Positions 15,238-17,822 of a stretch of 17,822 nucleotides of DNA are shown here, piece after piece. The stretch is from Oculatellaceae cyanobacterium bins.114. Its GTDB lineage: Bacteria; Cyanobacteriota; Cyanobacteriia; Elainellales; Elainellaceae. The notes under the pieces were generated by a model. That model did no database searches. It saw only the letters and a program-made list of their open reading frames with translations, and had not been told where the DNA came from. Position numbers and translations under genes: made by a program. Within the stretch, counting starts at the first letter, position 1, and each line of letters begins with the position of its first letter. The stretch lies in NCBI GenBank assembly GCA_033764315.1, contig JANRJA010000103.1, positions 1 to 17,822 on the forward strand. The letters run 5' to 3'.

Positions 15238-16299
15238 ATGACAGGATCTCGCCGATTGCTTGTGACGGGAGGAGCTGGATTTATTGGTTCCAATTTTGTT
15301 CATTATTGGTGCGAACAATATCCGAGCGATCATATTGCTGTATTAGATAACTTAAGTTATGCAGGGAATCGTAGTAATCTAGCATCTCTCGATGCTAATA
15401 CTAATTTTCGATTTGTACAGGGAAGTATTAGCGATCGCCCTTTAATAGAAGAGCTTCTAAATGATGAAGCGATTGATACAGTTGTCCACTTTGCAGCAGA
15501 ATCTCATGTTGATCGATCAATCTTAAATCCTGGTGATTTCGTTCAAACTAATATTGTTGGAACGTTTACGTTGCTGGATGCTTTTCGGTGTTATTGGGAA
15601 GCTAGAGACAAGCCTAACGATTATCGATTTTGTAATATTTCAACAGATGAAGTATTTGGGAGTTTAGAAGATGATGCGCCTGCTTTCTCAGAATCAACTC
15701 CTTATGCTCCAAATAATCCCTACTCTGCATCGAAAGCAAGTGCAGATCACATCGTTAGAGCTTATTTTCAAACCTATGGACTACCTACACTTACAACAAA
15801 TTGCTCCAATAATTATGGGCCCTATCAATTTCCTGAAAAACTAGTTCCATGTGTATGTACTAGTGTTTTAACTGAGCAGCCTATATTCATTTATGGAGAT
15901 GGGCAGAGTATAAGAGATTGGATTCATGTGAGAGACCATTGCACGGCTCTAGATAAAATATTGAGTAGCGGTAAGCCTGGAGAAACCTACAATATAGGTG
16001 GCAATAATGAAGTGAAAAATATTCATTTAGTCCATAAAATATGCAATTTATTGCAAGAATTAGTTCCTAATTTAACCGTTTGTCCCCATTATCTGATTCG
16101 ATTTGTTGCAGATCGACCTGGACACGATCGCCGTTATGCCATTGATGCAACAAAGATCCAGACGCAATTAAATTGGCATCCTAGTATTAGTTTTGAAGAA
16201 GGTCTGAAACATACAGTCCAATGGTATGTTGAATATAAAGATTGGTGGTTGCCACTGCTAAACCGTAATGACCTCACTCCAATTCATTTGAAAGTTTAA
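15238..16299 (+). CDS. rfbB: dTDP-glucose 4,6-dehydratase
   Basis: VTGGAGFIGSNF, HFAAESHVDRSI, STDEVFG, YSASK, CSNNYGPYQFPEKL and DRPGHDRRYAID motifs. Confidence 0.95.
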   Translation: MTGSRRLLVTGGAGFIGSNFVHYWCEQYPSDHIAVLDNLSYAGNRSNLASLDANTNFRFVQGSISDRPLIEELLNDEAIDTVVHFAAESHVDRSILNPGDFVQTNIVGTFTLLDAFRCYWEARDKPNDYRFCNISTDEVFGSLEDDAPAFSESTPYAPNNPYSASKASADHIVRAYFQTYGLPTLTTNCSNNYGPYQFPEKLVPCVCTSVLTEQPIFIYGDGQSIRDWIHVRDHCTALDKILSSGKPGETYNIGGNNEVKNIHLVHKICNLLQELVPNLTVCPHYLIRFVADRPGHDRRYAIDATKIQTQLNWHPSISFEEGLKHTVQWYVEYKDWWLPLLNRNDLTPIHLKV

Positions 16300-16371
16300 A
16301 GCAATTTATTCGATTGCCATAGTGGAAGCGTAAGCGGTTGCTCGTCGGGATGCGAAGCAGTTTCCCCTTAG

Positions 16372-17815
16372 CTCGACTTTATCCAAGTTAGGTAGCATAG
16401 CACAACAGGCTAGACCAGCAATCTAGCAAGGGTTTTGGTATTTTTACCATATCGGTTGCTGCACCAGAGAACTGAAAAAGTCGGATTTGCCAAAACCGTT
16501 GACGGACCAAAGCTAACGCATCAATGAACGTGGGTAGCTCTTTGTTATACCAAGCCGATTGAGGCAACAAGAAACTCATTTGTGATTGCAATTGATGGGC
16601 CAGCAGAACAACCATTGAGAACAAAGCAAGCAGAGCAGGGGTCGTGCGTAGAATCGCTAAGTCTGACCACTGCCGTTGAGTTTCCACCCCTAAATGCGCC
16701 CGCACTTCCTCAAACGTCACTTCCACTTGCCAGCGTTGCCGAAACCACAACAAGATTTGTTTAGGGGTGGCGTTCAAATCCGTCGAGAGAAATGCTTGCG
16801 GCTCAAACTTGCCCTTTGGGTCTTTGACGAGCACCCAACGAATCGGCACCGCAGGCAGTCCACTGTGATACCACACAGCCGTTTGAGAGGTAATCTGAAG
16901 CTTGCAGCACCGTCCCCCATACCACCCCTTGAGATGCACAGGTAGCCAAACCGTTTCTGGGTTCTCTAACAGCTTGTGCAGGGTGGGTCGCCGCTTGCCA
17001 ACCTTGCGGGGTCGTCCCACCTGCTTCGGTTCGCGCTGAGGAGCAGGATCATAGAGAGCAGCATCCAGGCGTAAACGGGTCACGACATGAACGGCTTTGG
17101 GCAGTTGCCGGAGCGCCTCAAGCAACTCCAGGGCAGCAAAAGAGCTATCTGCCACCAGGACAATGGCACGCTGAGGCACCCATCGTCTGACTTGAATTAA
17201 CATCTGTCGTGCCCAATCCGTCAGGGTTTTATGACGTTGATGGTGCAGTTGGTCATAGCGCTCTGAGGGCGCTAAAACGGTGAAACAGGGCAGTGCCCAC
17301 ACTCGCTCTGCCCAAGGAATCTTCACCAGCAGCATCAAACTCAGCCAGCGCAATCCACTGGTTTTGACAAAGTGACTGTCACTGGAACACACCGGGTCAC
17401 GGTAAATGCCTCGGGCTGCAATGCGTTTGCCCCATCGTCGCTCAATCGTGTCATCGATACCCATCACGAGTACCCCTCGGGGGGCAAAGACTTTGACTAA
17501 TTGTTGCAGGAGCAATCTGCTGGCATGACGACTCGACCACACCGCACGATTGAGCACCCGATGGTATCTCTGAAATTGCAACTCCTGCTCTAAGCCCATC
17601 ACTCGTAAAATGGCACTCACTGTCCGCTTCCCAGGAGCCAGGATTGCACCGACTAACAGCACCACGGCTGATTCCCATACCGGCTTGGAAAACAATGGGG
17701 CAAACGTTACGATTAAGGGTAGAAATTCTTGCGGTAGCAGGTTCATCAGGATAAATCCAACAACTCTTTCCTGATCTTGCTACCTTTCCTCCACTTCAAA
17801 ATGGATAAAGTCGAG
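16372..17815 (-). mobile_element. Complete IS701-family insertion sequence (1444 bp)
   Basis: Perfect terminal IRs CTCGACTTTATCCA (16372-16385) and TGGATAAAGTCGAG (17802-17815), flanked by the direct repeat CTTAG (16367-16371 and 17816-17820). Confidence 0.92.
16388..17746 (-). CDS. IS701-family DDE transposase
   Basis: Uninterrupted 452-aa ORF with IDDT, VADSSF and RWQVEVTFEE catalytic motifs, lying between the IRs. Confidence 0.93.
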   Translation of the reverse strand: MNLLPQEFLPLIVTFAPLFSKPVWESAVVLLVGAILAPGKRTVSAILRVMGLEQELQFQRYHRVLNRAVWSSRHASRLLLQQLVKVFAPRGVLVMGIDDTIERRWGKRIAARGIYRDPVCSSDSHFVKTSGLRWLSLMLLVKIPWAERVWALPCFTVLAPSERYDQLHHQRHKTLTDWARQMLIQVRRWVPQRAIVLVADSSFAALELLEALRQLPKAVHVVTRLRLDAALYDPAPQREPKQVGRPRKVGKRRPTLHKLLENPETVWLPVHLKGWYGGRCCKLQITSQTAVWYHSGLPAVPIRWVLVKDPKGKFEPQAFLSTDLNATPKQILLWFRQRWQVEVTFEEVRAHLGVETQRQWSDLAILRTTPALLALFSMVVLLAHQLQSQMSFLLPQSAWYNKELPTFIDALALVRQRFWQIRLFQFSGAATDMVKIPKPLLDCWSSLLCYAT

Positions 17816-17822
17816 CTTAGAA

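Larger units (their letters stand above)
1494..15438. repeat. Dispersed HIP1 octamers (GCGATCGC)
   Basis: Copies found by eye at about 1494, 2153, 3499, 3914, 4756, 5030, 5101, 5683, 6273, 6454, 6771, 11096, 11915 and 15431. Confidence 0.85.

Noticed and set aside
16300..16371. Possible 3' end of a minus-strand gene interrupted by the IS701 element
   Set aside because: Several short open frames, none recognisable; needs sequence beyond the window
1375..17678. Remaining 60-115 aa ORFs nested in or antisense to the called genes
   Set aside because: Shadow ORFs of well-supported genes, with no motifs of their own

Overview
Cyanobacterial chromosomal DNA: at least 14 HIP1 GCGATCGC octamers, an NtcA box and chlorophyll/bilin genes. 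The left part (1-9350) starts with the right end of an IS5-family element that interrupts a pentapeptide-repeat gene. It then carries bacteriohemerythrin, HU, a YfcE-type phosphoesterase, a glutamine-riboswitch/NtcA-controlled DUF4278 protein with a PirA-like tail, a divergent TetR/Coq4-like pair with tandem operators, the low-oxygen tetrapyrrole genes hemN, ho and acsF, and a secreted PPC-like protein. The right part (about 9690-16300) is a more AT-rich accessory block. A membrane pentapeptide gene faces away from a co-directional run of: TIR protein (degenerate, with a possible Death/EAD-like tail), TPR protein, CHAT caspase-like protease, Nudix hydrolase and dTDP-glucose 4,6-dehydratase. 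TPR and CHAT look like one gene split by a 1-nt frameshift. An intact IS701-family element with CTTAG target duplications follows. The TIR-TPR/CHAT-Nudix(-RfbB) locus is the best candidate for an undescribed defence or programmed-cell-death system. All family assignments come from motif recognition by eye, not database searches.
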